Assembly: GCA_026023565.1 (NCBI GenBank)
Contig: JAPETS010000018.1
Location: 620,001 to 653,768, forward strand
Length of the DNA: 33,768 nt
DNA from: Cirrosporium novae-zelandiae
Taxonomy: Eukaryota
Direction of reading: 5' to 3'
The notes beneath the pieces are model-generated. The model did not search any database and was not told where the DNA came from. It saw nothing but the letters and a program-made list of their open reading frames with translations. Positions 8,421 through 19,577 of this stretch are shown piece after piece. The position numbers and the translations under genes are program-made. Positions within the stretch are counted from its first letter, which is position 1. Each line of letters opens with the position of its first letter.

Positions 8421-10991
8421 TCAATCATAAACCTTAAGCATATCATAAGCCTTGTGCCCAATAGCCTTCCTCATCATACCCTCAGGTTTCATTTTCTTCT
8501 TCTTTTTCTGCACCTTAACATCCACCATCCCCATCTCAATCACATCATCATCTTCCCCCGTCTCCATTTCCGTATCCACCACCTCCACCTCGTCCTCTTC
8601 ATCCCCAAAACTCCCATCATCCAAAAACATCTTCATCTGTCCCTGGCTATATCCAGATACCAGTGCCGTGCCCGGTACATCCGCCGTCACGGGCTTCGGC
8701 GCAACCTCATGACGTTTTTTATCTGTCCTGGATCCGGCGCGCCCACCCGCTAGGTTCCAGAAGATTAGTTGTGGGATTTCGTAGCCGGCGTCCTCAAACT
8801 TGCGTTTTAGGCGTTCGTAGTGTGTTTCCCATTTAGTTTTGCCCTGGTTGGGATCACTAAGGTTGGGATCACCAGAGTTGACATAACTAGGGATGGGATA
8901 ACTACATGTGTGATCCGCCTGATCGAATTGCATGTCACTGAAGACAAAGACCTGTTTGACCATATCGTCGGGTTTCAAGTTATTGGATATGGCCATGGGG
9001 AGAATGAGGTTTTCAAAGACGGCGATGAAGTTTGTGTTGAAGCCCCAGGGACATTCAACGATGGCCGACACCTTTTCAGGGAAAATACGGGTATCAGAGG
9101 GGCCGCCGACGTGGTGGATGGCGGGTTGTTCTGAGAAGGAGATGAAGGTGCCGCCAAAGGGGGGGTTAGTTATTTCAGAGATGAGGAGAGAGAGGCCGAT
9201 AGCAGAGTGCAGGGGACATGTGCCGTCTGGGAACTTGGGATCGTTCATGGAACCGCTGACATCGCAGACGGCGATTGAGTTGGAGAGGGACCCTGAGTCT
9301 TTGATTCGTTTGATGAGGGTATTCCATTGGCCGTTGGCAACTTTGGACTGGATTTCTACCAATTTTGGGTCGATGGGTTTTTTGACGGAGCCGGACTTGG
9401 GGCTGGTGGAGGAGATTGAGGTTATGGCCTGGGCGACTAGTGTTGCTGGCATCAACACGGCCCCAGATATACGGCTCTTTCCTTCTGCTACACGACTGAT
9501 ATAATTCTCGAAGCGATCGGTGTCTTTTTGGGCAAAGAGGCTTTGGTAGTTTTGCATGGCGATAGATGGGATTCGGTCATACTTGATGTTAGCAAAAGTT
9601 TCGGCAGTGATGTCTCGCTCGACGACCTCTAAGACCTTTCGAAGCGGGGATAGGCAATACGCTCGATACTGTTCCCTGGCATGTTTGAGGTAGGCTTCCC
9701 GGTTATCGTATTCCCGGTTTTGGCCAAGAATACCTCGGGGGTACAGTATCTCTGCGATGGTGGTGGCAATGAAAGTATGTTTATCATGAAACTTTTCAAG
9801 ACTTGGTGCCCATTTCGCTGCGAGTGATACCTTTAGTAGATCTTGCTTTGTCCCAGAATTTAGTAAATCCATGTCTTTCCGAAGGCGATCGGCAAAAAGT
9901 CGAGCAACGGAGAGGTGAAGAGCGAGATAAAACAGGTCACTCTCAAGCTTGTTAACTGCATTAGAGTGAAGTTGAGCTTCTTCGATATGTTTAAGGGCCT
10001 TTGCTTCAAGCTTCTGGCGAGCAGTATTCACTTCTTCAGCTTTTCTCCCTAGTTCTGGTGTGGCATATGCGATCCTCTTCTTTTTTTCCTTGTTCTCATT
10101 CTGCTTCTTCTTCTGTATACGGCCTACCTTACCCATTCTCTTCAGTATAGACCGCATCCCTTTCCCCTTTTCATTAACTTTGTTAAGAAGCTCACGGGGG
10201 TCAGATATATCGAGTTTGTTGTTTACTGCAAGAACAAGGATATTAAGAAGGTCTTTCCAGTATCCGTGGGAGACGCCGTGGATGACCTTGTATTCGTCGT
10301 CGATTTCAAGGAGCTCCTTTTCAACCATTACAGGCTGTTCGTCATCCGGTTTATCTACCTTTTTCTCTATTACGCTGCGAAACGTCCACTGAAGGTTCTT
10401 GATGACGGTCTCCGGATGATTATTTTTCATCCAACCGAGGCAGCGATAGAAGGATTCCCGTTCACCTTTTCCAAGATGGATACTGCGAGTGTTCCAGACA
10501 ATCCTCAAGGTCGCATCAGGATCAGTGCTCCAAGAACCATCCAAAAGCGTTTGTAGCCTATCCCCGGATATGTTTTTCTCGAGTTCATGGAAGAGGTCTA
10601 AATTTATAGAAGTCGTGGAGTGATAGGCAATTCCCATGTTTTCGGTGAACATCTTGTTCTCTTTGAGAAGGTCATCTGAGGTCGGGTTTTCTAGGGTTAG
10701 GTTGTCTATTTCTTCCCTCAAGGCGTCCATAAATGCATTGCTGGAAGATGCCACTGATTGGGAGGCCAGATGCTCGCCATCTTGCGATGATTCTGCTTTA
10801 GGTAAAGGACTCTCGGGGCGATTAAGATTGAGGGTTTGAACAGGTGCATTGTATACTAGACCGTCAGGGTGGAGAAGGTCATGGATATAGCTATCAAAAT
10901 CATTTTGTGAAAAGTATATTGAAGGGTTTTCCGGGAGGTCGACAGGAAAGGACGAGTCCATAGACGAAGTTTTGGCCTTCTCGTCTGCCAT
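8421..10991 (-). CDS. DUF2828-family protein (TROVE-like helical region + C-terminal vWA/MIDAS domain); intronless, 856 aa from MADEK
   Basis: Motifs TENMGIAYHST, RSIHLGKGER, HGYWKDLLNIL, SLAAKWAPS, IPSIAM, MIDAS DVSGSM, VFVFSDMQFD, IFWNL and VSGYS. The first in-frame ATG is at 10991; the ORF-track start at 11117 is non-ATG. Confidence 0.85.
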   Translation of the reverse strand: MADEKAKTSSMDSSFPVDLPENPSIYFSQNDFDSYIHDLLHPDGLVYNAPVQTLNLNRPESPLPKAESSQDGEHLASQSVASSSNAFMDALREEIDNLTLENPTSDDLLKENKMFTENMGIAYHSTTSINLDLFHELEKNISGDRLQTLLDGSWSTDPDATLRIVWNTRSIHLGKGERESFYRCLGWMKNNHPETVIKNLQWTFRSVIEKKVDKPDDEQPVMVEKELLEIDDEYKVIHGVSHGYWKDLLNILVLAVNNKLDISDPRELLNKVNEKGKGMRSILKRMGKVGRIQKKKQNENKEKKKRIAYATPELGRKAEEVNTARQKLEAKALKHIEEAQLHSNAVNKLESDLFYLALHLSVARLFADRLRKDMDLLNSGTKQDLLKVSLAAKWAPSLEKFHDKHTFIATTIAEILYPRGILGQNREYDNREAYLKHAREQYRAYCLSPLRKVLEVVERDITAETFANIKYDRIPSIAMQNYQSLFAQKDTDRFENYISRVAEGKSRISGAVLMPATLVAQAITSISSTSPKSGSVKKPIDPKLVEIQSKVANGQWNTLIKRIKDSGSLSNSIAVCDVSGSMNDPKFPDGTCPLHSAIGLSLLISEITNPPFGGTFISFSEQPAIHHVGGPSDTRIFPEKVSAIVECPWGFNTNFIAVFENLILPMAISNNLKPDDMVKQVFVFSDMQFDQADHTCSYPIPSYVNSGDPNLSDPNQGKTKWETHYERLKRKFEDAGYEIPQLIFWNLAGGRAGSRTDKKRHEVAPKPVTADVPGTALVSGYSQGQMKMFLDDGSFGDEEDEVEVVDTEMETGEDDDVIEMGMVDVKVQKKKKKMKPEGMMRKAIGHKAYDMLKVYD

Positions 10992-11437
10992 GATTAATGA
11001 CTGCCTAGACCAGAGGCTGAGACAGAGATAAAGCCGAAAAGAATTGTCTTGGAGAAAAATGGTTACTTTAAATAAGGAAACTGGGCTGGAGGAGTCATAA
11101 TAGAAGAAAGTCTTCAATATAATTTAGGGCTTGGGCGCCCTTTCGTGGGGTAAAGACCCCGCCAAATAGGCTCAAACATAATATTAACTTCAGATTACCT
11201 ACCTACCAACCTATCTCGCCTAGCTGCTCTACTCGAGTAGGTACCTAAGCGGCCAACATTGACTTTGGCCTAAGCCTTATATCTATCTTGCTTGGCATGT
11301 GCTTGGTTCCTCGTCTGCTTGCCTACTTGCTTGTCTGCTTTTTAGATACTTTCTTCACGGTTGCTTGCTGAGCTTCTGGCAAGCATCGGCAAATGATATC
11401 AGCTATACCCCTTAATTTTCATCGCTTTGTTTGCTTG

Positions 11438-13438
11438 CTACCATTCCACTTTATCGATTTTTTTGTTATTACTCCACTGCCACCACTTTGATTTCGGGTC
11501 CTCAAGCCGTATTACTTTATCAGGGTTTAAAAGACAGAAAGGATCGAAAGCTACTTTGAGCTGTTAAGGAACATTGAGTCAGCACTTGATAGTTTTGTGT
11601 GTCCAAAAGTGACTTACCCTTCTCATAGCATCAACAGTTGATGTCCCTAGCTCATGCTCAAGGTAGTCCCGCTTGACTAGGCCAACACCGTGTTCTCCAG
11701 TCACTGTTCCTTCCATCTCAACGGCTCGCTTTGCCTGTCGGTGAACCACTTCCTCTGCAATCTCACGCTCCGTTTCGTTGAAGAGAATAATAGCTACGTT
11801 GTTGAATCAGTAGAGGACCTTATGTCAAGTTAAGCCGAAAACTCACAATGAAAATTGCCATCGCCAACATGACCAACAATAGATCCCAAAAGCCCACACT
11901 TGTTAATATCTTCCTTGGTTTGTTCGATAATATCGGGCAACTTGCTAATAGGCACAGCAACATCGGTCGTCCAGACATGGTCGCTTTCATCTTTTTTTTG
12001 GGCAATCACACTCCACAGCGCCTCCTTCCTAGCACTCCAGAGCTCTGCCATTTCTTCAGGACTCTTAGCGAATTCGAAAGATTTGCTGCCCTTTGATTTG
12101 GCCAATTTCTTAACCATTTCAATTTGTTCCTTGACTCCGGTAGGAGTACCAGCAAATTTAAAAAATAGTGTAGGGGCTTCCTTCCAGGTTCGGCTTGTGG
12201 TTCCGCTCTGGTTGATACATTTCATCTGCACATCGTCCAAGATCTCTATTGCAGCAATCGGTATACCTTCTCCGACCACATTAGCTACGCATTCAGCAGC
12301 ATTTCGAACCGTTGGGAAACTAGCAACCGCAACACTTTGGCTCTTGGGTCTCACTGCCAATTTCAGGGTAGCCTCTGTTACTAAACCTAGAGTACCCTCA
12401 CTACCGATGAACACCTTAGTCAAATCATAACCTGCACTGGACTTCTTAGGCCGCTGTCTCGTCTTGATGATGGTTCCATCAGCAAGAACAACTGTTAATG
12501 AAGTAACCCACTCGCGCATGGTGCCGTAGTGGTAAGCATTGGTTCCAGAACATCCGGTTCCTACCATTCCACCAATCATGGCCCCAGGACCAGGATCAGG
12601 AGGGAACAAAAGTCCATCTTTCTCTAATTCATCGTTCAAATGTTCCCAACCAACACCAGGTTGAACAACCACGTCAAGATCATCCTTGTGCAAAGTCAAT
12701 ATTTGATTCATATGTGCAAAATCTATGCAGATTCCACCTTTTGTCGTAGCATAATGGCCTTCTAAGCTTGTTCCACCACTATAGGATGTAATTGGTATCC
12801 TTCTTGAATGGCAGACTTTCATAATCTGGCTAACATGGTCTGTGGTTGTGGGAAATACTACGCAAAATGGTTTTTCTTCCTCTTTAACTTGATATGAAGA
12901 CCAGCTTGACCCAGAATGAGTTTTGATTGTGTCCTCGTTTGTTGAAACGTTCTCTTTTCCAATTATATCGCAAAAGTCCGCCCAAGCAGCCTGTAAATTT
13001 ATAGGCGCCATGTTGTAATCCGGTCGATCGAACGTAGCTAACGTTGAAGTTGACGTCCCGTCAGGATCAGCAGGTATCATCCAACCAGAGTAAAGTCCGA
13101 TAAGCATAGACATCATAAAAACTGTAATGCGATCAGTTTACCTTCAATGAAAGTCGAGAGAATAACATACGGCCAACCCTCGCGGCATTGACTCCGGAAT
13201 GTGCGTCTGACTCATATATTGATTCCTCGGCCTTTTCCCGTTGTATCCGCTTATATGTGCTCTCAAACAATTGGCCATGAAATGGTCTATGTCGTTCTAG
13301 GTTTCTTCCAGATTGAAATCCTCTCCTCCAACTTCCGGTAGGTATAATCTTTCGTTGTAACCATTGTCTATGAGTAGAAGGCCTTGCTAAAACCCGTAAA
13401 GAAAACTGAGGGGAGAGCCCCGTCAAAGGCGACGGCAT
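11438..13438 (-). CDS. DLD1: Mitochondrial D-lactate dehydrogenase (cytochrome), FAD-binding oxidoreductase/transferase type 4; exons 13438-13171, 13121-11847, 11793-11618, 11560-11438; 613 aa
   Basis: Arg-rich presequence-like N-terminus; motifs YSGGTSLEGH, FPPDPGPGAMIGGMVGTGCSGTNA, KSSAGYDLT, GSEGTLG, GHVGDGNFH, TGEHGVG and LNPDK. Three GT-AG introns; exon sum 1842 nt. Confidence 0.92.
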
Positions 13439-13716
13439 GATTAATTGTAGAAACCAAAACAAAAGTGGGAGGAGAGAATAAATCGCATAAGATAAGCAAT
13501 GGCGAGCTTGATATTTAAGAGCTCGTCAACGGTTCCTTGTTGGATCGGAGGTTACAGATGATCCCCGCTCCGGCTGGCCTTCCATTTCCGGATAATTAAT
13601 TGATCAAGTCGCTTTAATCACCAGGTCACCGGCCATTGCTCAGAGATAAGTCTCTATTTTCAAGTAATGTAATATTTCTTTTCCTATTCCATTATTGAAC
13701 TAGATTATTTGTCATC
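13439..13716. promoter_or_regulatory. Compact bidirectional promoter between DLD1 and the F-box gene
   Basis: 278 bp between divergent ATGs. Confidence 0.55.
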
Positions 13717-15767
13717 ATGGAGAACCTGCCTCCAGAATTGATCATTCATATTGCCCATTGTATGTAAGCTTCATTACCAGTTAGGTGGGGTACAATGCTG
13801 ACCAAAACCATACAGACCTAGAGCCATTGGACATTGTGAGACTCCAACTTGTCTCAAAGCGTTTCTATAGCCTTTCTCGTGATAACAAACTATGGAGGTC
13901 CATATGTTTTGATAAATCTCAATATGAGGTATTGAGAAGACGGCGGATTGCTTTATCGAATATCGGTGCTCCGCGTCCCCTCAGTCAGATTACTCGACGG
14001 TCAAGTATCCCTCGTAACATCAGCCAACTTGCCGAAGTAGCCTTATCAACTCTCTCACATGGTCCCCCGCAACCGCAGAGTGAACATGGAGCAGACCGGG
14101 CAAAGGTCCCCTCCGAGGCTTCCACTAGCAATACTAGGGATAGGAGCAGGAGTAGTGACGGGGGACGGAAGCGTGCCATGGCGAATTGGGACCCAGGTCA
14201 TCCCTCAGAAGATATCGATTGGTACTCTGAATATGTTGCCCGTCATGCACCTATTTCGATGAGTTGGTTACAGCAACCGCCTGGCCTTTCTCAAGCAGCA
14301 TCTCCCTCAAGCGAAGCTCGTGGCGTTGGTCTCTTCAGAGACAAAAGCGACGGAGGTAGACGCATGGCAATAGCTCCATTGGACGATGGGAGCGTATGTA
14401 TATGGGATGTGGAAAGGAGCTCGGTTGAACATGAAAACACGACAAAAATTGGTGGGGTAATGGCAAGAAGCAATCCCCATTTACTGGCAGCTGATGGTAT
14501 CCACCTACAAAAGTATGCCATGGCCAAAATGACATTTATGGGGGTCGATGCTTGTGTAAGCATTGAAAACACGCAGAAGAAGGCGTATTTCTCTATTCAC
14601 GATAAGCTTACCGAGGTTGATCTGGAAACTCTACAAGTTGTCTCTGAAGAGAAGTACCCTTCCTTTATTTCAGCGCTCTCCCCCATCCAACATCCGGTTC
14701 CTTTGACAGTGGGGACATCGACGAGTATACACCTGTATGACCCTCGAATAGGCAGCATCTCCAAGAATTCTCAGGAACCCGTCTGTGAACGATGCGATAA
14801 TACTGCTTTTCCGATAATGCAACAACCAAAGAGTGACTTCTACAGTTTGGTTTCAGGAGATAGACCCACTGATTACGCTCTATTATCCGAACCTGGCCCA
14901 CTTTCTATTATGCATCTTCCAATAGGTAATGTCCAAGCGAACGCAGGAGAGATTTATGTGGCTGGTCGATTCCCAAGTATCTTAATATATGATCGGAGAG
15001 TATTTCCAAAGCTCAGAACGACTCTACATTCAGGAGCCCAACTCACTTGCCTAGCATCCCTTCCACACCCATTTTACTCGTTGGAAGCGGATTTGATGAA
15101 GCATGCACAATTATCTGTAGAACGGGTATTTGAAGTCAAGTCTAAGCCAGGAACTACTCTAATCGCTTGTGGTGACTACAAGGGAAAGGGTTCCTTGGAA
15201 TTATACGGGTTGACCCACAACGTGGAGCAAGGAATCATGGAACCCATACCAGCAGGCGAAAACCAAATCTCAACATACAAAAACCGACAAACAGCATCCA
15301 AATCCAAACTGCTATCTGTCGCCAATCATGGCTCCCGGATCGTCTGCTCAGACGGTGACGGCATGATCAAATGGCTTGAAAGAGACGCCTTCACCCAAGT
15401 CCGCCGCTGGAACATAAACCCCTACCAATACAAGTACTTCGCCCCCGGCGGCCGACTCGACGCCGAAGTAAGCCACGGCGACGTAGCGCGTAAAATCCTC
15501 CCGACTTGCAGCGACGAGAAATCCAACACCATGCTAAACGACAACCTACTCATCTGGACGGGCGAACGAATCGGACTTTTACATTTTGCCCAGGAACCCT
15601 GGTTCAATTCTCGTGATTTTGAAGACCAGGTCCAGACAACATCTGAAGACAGCGTGCGGCATAGCAAGGAGCACGCCTACGGTCAGACAATGCGCCAGGC
15701 GTTGGAGAGTCATACAAACGAAATGCAGTTCATGAGTGGCTTGGGGCTGAGAGACCCGATGATCTAA
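13717..15767 (+). CDS. F-box protein with WD40-like C-terminal region; exons 13717-13759, 13816-15767; 664 aa
   Basis: Splicing the 56-nt GTATGT..GCTGAC..CAG intron gives the F-box MENLPPELIIHIAHYLEPLDIVRLQLVSKRFYSLSRDNKLWR. WD-like segments follow: LDDGSVCIWD, IHLYDPR, ILIYDRR, SDGDGMIKW. Confidence 0.85.
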
Positions 15768-17423
15768 AAGACGGACAAAAGCCCTGGTCTTTGGCTCTGT
15801 CACCCAGGCTAGCCAATTAAATCAAACAAGCATGCAGGTTCGGTCCGGCCCAAAGATATCATCATCATCATCGTAATGAATAATGACGGAAATCCTCCCA
15901 ATTGGGTGTATTACAACAGTAGTCTATTACTGTTCTCTGCTCTACCAGTGAGCGAGCCAAACTAGATAGAGTCGAGATTTGCAGGCACACACACGCCTAT
16001 ATATCTCGTTATACCCCCCTCCCCCTCCCCCCTTTTTTTTTGTGTAAGGGAATGAGAAAGCGACAAACTAGGTTTGTCACACCTCTCAACTCCTTTTTGA
16101 AGTGTTGAGAATTGGATTGAATTTGTAGATTTCTAATGGAGGGGGGATTTTACAAAGAGAGAGAGATGGAGGGTAGAAGAGGGAGGTTGGAGAGGGAAGA
16201 AGGATGGGACGGGATGGGAGTGGAAGTAGATTTATTTATCGGAGTACTTACTTACATCCATGATGTAATGATGTAATGATTCATTTTTATTGTCCATATG
16301 TTGTCGCCTTTCAGACTTATGGCGGGACATACCTAGGTACTTATATCCATCAAAAATATATAAAAATCTACCAACTACACTACACAAACTACAACTACAA
16401 CCAAACCCAAAAACCTCCCTTACAAAAAAAAAGAAAAAGAAAAACCAATACACAATCAATCAATCAACGTATCTTAATTATATCCTATCCTATCTAAAAA
16501 AAAAACCAGCTAGCTTAGCCTTCGGGCATTCATAAATTCGTAAAAAAAGGGTGGGTCGTATTCGTAAAAGGAGTTTCATTGAAAGCTGAGAAAAGAGCTA
16601 GCTGGTTTTTTTGGGGGGGGATGGTGGGTTTGATATTGATTGATTGTTTTTTGATGGTTGTATATGGGTGGATGGTGGTGGCGGTGGTGGGGTTTGTCGT
16701 GGCCCGTTGACTTGTGGTGCTGGGTGGATGGATGTGTGTTGTTGTTGTTGTCGTTGTTGTTGTTGGCAGCGGTGACAAAATGGTTATTGTCGGGCGAGAG
16801 ATCCGATGGAGGATTGGACAGATGTGTGTGGTTGAAAAGCCTGTGTCCTCGATTGTCAGGGGTGTTCTTTTTTTTTATTTTCCTCCTCTTCTTTGCTTCC
16901 CTAGTCCTACATCCTTCATTTTCTCCTCTATTCCATATCCCATTCCTCTATTTCTTCCTATCCTTCAAACATCTCTTTCTCTACCTTCTCTTCTCCTTCT
17001 TTTTCACAATATATGATGTGCAAAACCCGGCTGACATACCTCCCAATACGTCAGCGAATCTCAACACTTTTGGTTGTCTCCTCCGGGAAACCAGCCCGGA
17101 CTCGGCATTTTCTGGTTTTTGAATTTTTTTTCTTTCTTTATTATCAAAAATATTCAATAATCGTTCCAACATGCAACGAGAAACTAATCAGCCAACCTTC
17201 CCCACTGAGAACGAATGATCGATTCGAAATGTGGGCTGTGGTGTGGTGCTGGCGTGATTGTTGAAATGAGCGTACGATGTGGGCTTCACTCTAAGTACCT
17301 TGGGTGAGGTTGAGGGAAGGGAATTTTCGTCATCTCTTCCAATGAATGCATTGGTGCGTTGAACGGTTGATGGGCTTGAGGAGCAAATGGGTCTCCAATT
17401 CACAAAGTCTGGAGTCGAATGAC

Positions 17424-18308
17424 TCAGCGTCGGGTACGCATGGTTTGGCGTCGAGGTGATCTCGGTTCTACATGATAATATTCTCCCTCGGAATCAGATG
17501 ACGAAGAGCATCCTGAACTAGCTTCCGAGCTCAGGTAGCCGCATCTAGCACCTCCGCAGTCTAGTTTTACTCTCTCGCCGCTTCTCGTCACTCCATATCG
17601 TTCACATCGGCATTCATAGCGATTAGAATCGTCACTAAGAGAGGAGAATGATGTAGGTGAACTTCCTGATGACCTTCCGGACATGGATGACGAATCGATT
17701 GACGACGGAGGGCTTGCCGAAAGTTGATATCGCTCGAAGCGACTTGTTAGCGCGTCGATTTCGCTGCCTCTAGTTGAAGATGATGGAGAGACAGGAGAAT
17801 GTGCGTAATCAGCTTCGCGAATGGTGCGGGATGCATAAGGCTTTGAGGGTTTGGGACATTGGATCTTGGAGGGGGATAAGGAGCGCCCCTTTGGTATGTC
17901 AAGAGAAAGCCTGGATTGGCCACTGGAATGGTGAGACTTGGATGAGTGCTTTGATCCTCCATCATCACTGGGAACGTCAAGGACGTTGAGCTGGCGGCCA
18001 GTGGTCTTTTCGGTAGTAAATGGTTGAGCGGGATCATGGGACACGTGGTAGCCATCCAGCATATACTGATAGTAACGTGAGCAGATGAGGCAAAAAACTT
18101 GGGGTCGAAAACTTACATAAAACCAGTAACGTTGGCCCAGCTTCAGCATGGATGTCTGAAATCTGAATGTTCCTTTCCATGCACCCTTTTTAGAGCCATC
18201 TTTCGAAAGGGGGAGTTGGCCTGCATAGTTGTCCCAGGAGCCAAGAAGGTGAACCGTTTTGACATTGGAAGATGTCCGGAGAGTGAAAGAAAGTTGAATC
18301 GCAGCCAT
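17424..18308 (-). CDS. esdC: EsdC (early sexual development) homolog: N-terminal AMPK-beta-like glycogen-binding (CBM48/E-set) domain plus Ser-rich tail; exons 18308-18117, 18065-17424; 277 aa
   Basis: MAAIQLSFTLRTSSNVKTVHLLGSWDNY..GQRYWFY|YMLDGYHVSHDP..TTGRQLNVLDVP, PKPSKP, CRCERYGVTRSGERVKLDCGG match Aspergillus EsdC as I recall it. One 51-nt GTAAGT..CAG intron. Confidence 0.85.
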   Translation of the reverse strand: MAAIQLSFTLRTSSNVKTVHLLGSWDNYAGQLPLSKDGSKKGAWKGTFRFQTSMLKLGQRYWFYVSFRPQVFCLICSRYYQYMLDGYHVSHDPAQPFTTEKTTGRQLNVLDVPSDDGGSKHSSKSHHSSGQSRLSLDIPKGRSLSPSKIQCPKPSKPYASRTIREADYAHSPVSPSSSTRGSEIDALTSRFERYQLSASPPSSIDSSSMSGRSSGSSPTSFSSLSDDSNRYECRCERYGVTRSGERVKLDCGGARCGYLSSEASSGCSSSSDSEGEYYHVEPRSPRRQTMRTRR

Positions 18309-19100
18309 TGTTGGAAAATTAAGCAATAAGTATTAAATCCAATGCTGCTGACGATAATGATATTAGGAATTGTCGAGTTTATCGCCGAACAGGTAAGGTA
18401 AGATGCTAAAGTGGTAAGATATTCCACAATTATTATTGTAAGTGGTTACAGAGCTTGATCGACAGATACTGGACCGGCCAATATCTTGAGCTTTTAGAAA
18501 GGTGTTTATCCTAGAAAAGGACTGCAATGCTTGAATCGGTCGACAAAGAGAAATATGAACAGCTCGTAGTTGAAAGACGGTGATGGTGAGAGCTTCCTCA
18601 ACGATGTTCGAGACAGGTTGGCGATATAATCGTTTGTATCAGGAGGTTTGAGAAAGATGCTTAGCGCTTTCACGAGGCTTCCAGAGCTTCAAAGGTCATT
18701 CAATGGGGTCGACAGATCCAGATAGAGCTACCCCGTCAATAACGAGGTTTCAAAAAGATAATAGTGGCGATTGCAGCGGAGACCAGCTTCGACAGGTTTA
18801 GAAAGTAAACAAAGTAAACAAAAGCGCTTGACAAAGTCTTAACGACAACAATGGTTTAGCGCGAGCAAGAGAGCTATAGAGTCGACCGGCGACTTTGAAT
18901 TAGGATGAATATCGACTATCGAAGTACTGTGTATTGAATGTAGTCGAAAGAGCCCAGCTCTTGATTTGAGGAATAGCAGATGCAGCAGACAACGCACGAC
19001 GCAACAAACAGTACTTTGAGCTATGGATAGCTCTGGGAGATTAAAGGCTTGCTAAAGAAAGAAAACAAAATGCAAGAGAGTGGGAAAGCAAGCGGTTCTT
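18309..19100 (-). promoter_or_regulatory. Probable long 5' leader of esdC containing one short uORF (18699-18670, MTFEALEAS*)
   Basis: I find only one minus-strand ATG between 18309 and ~19134. A pyrimidine-rich block at ~19055-19090 (minus strand) resembles a fungal TSS-proximal CT box. Confidence 0.55.
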
Positions 19101-19519
19101 ATGTCAACGGCGGCTGTCTGTATGAACAAGAAATCATATCTTGGAATATCCTTGGTGGGAATCCCATGGACGGACCAATGCATCTTCCCATGAGGCATGA
19201 TGTTGTTGTTTTTTCATGGGCGCGTAAAGAGGATATTGCAGCTGATTAGTTGGATGCATAATGAATGCATATTGGAGTACATTGGACCTTGGTAATTTTG
19301 AATTTTGGCTTTGTTTTTTCTTTTGGCTTGGGACTACTGGGGGGCCTTGGTGGGTGTGAGGGGTGGAGGAGGGGTGGAGGGGTGGCACTGTGGGATAGAT
19401 GATAGACCACTCGGGCCATTGAGGCGCAAGGGAATTCAATGATTACTTTGGTTAGGCCCTTTGGTCGGCGCCTACATCTACTCTTGGATTCGCTGAAACT
19501 GCTCTTCCAAGTCAACTCA

Positions 19520-19577
19520 ACCAATTCCATCAATTCCATCAATTCCATCAATCCCATCAACCCCATCAACCCCATCC
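19520..19577 (+). repeat. 9-bp tandem repeat (CAATTCCAT grading into CAACCCCAT)
   Basis: About six visibly diverging units. Confidence 0.85.

Noticed and set aside
10992..11117. N-terminal extension of the DUF2828 ORF shown in the ORF track
   Set aside because: It has a non-ATG start and UTR-like composition; the ATG at 10991 has good context.
11438..13438. DLD1 as part of the rhamnose cluster
   Set aside because: Rhamnose catabolism yields L-lactaldehyde and L-lactate, not D-lactate. The gene is also ~8 kb away behind unrelated genes.
16232..17403. Several 60-150 aa ORFs between the F-box gene and esdC
   Set aside because: They are low-complexity translations of microsatellite and poly-T sequence, most likely 3' UTR or terminator DNA.
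19520..19577. Tandem repeats as a CRISPR array or coding repeat
   Set aside because: The context is eukaryotic, the 9-bp units have no spacers, and the overlapping ORFs are not credible.
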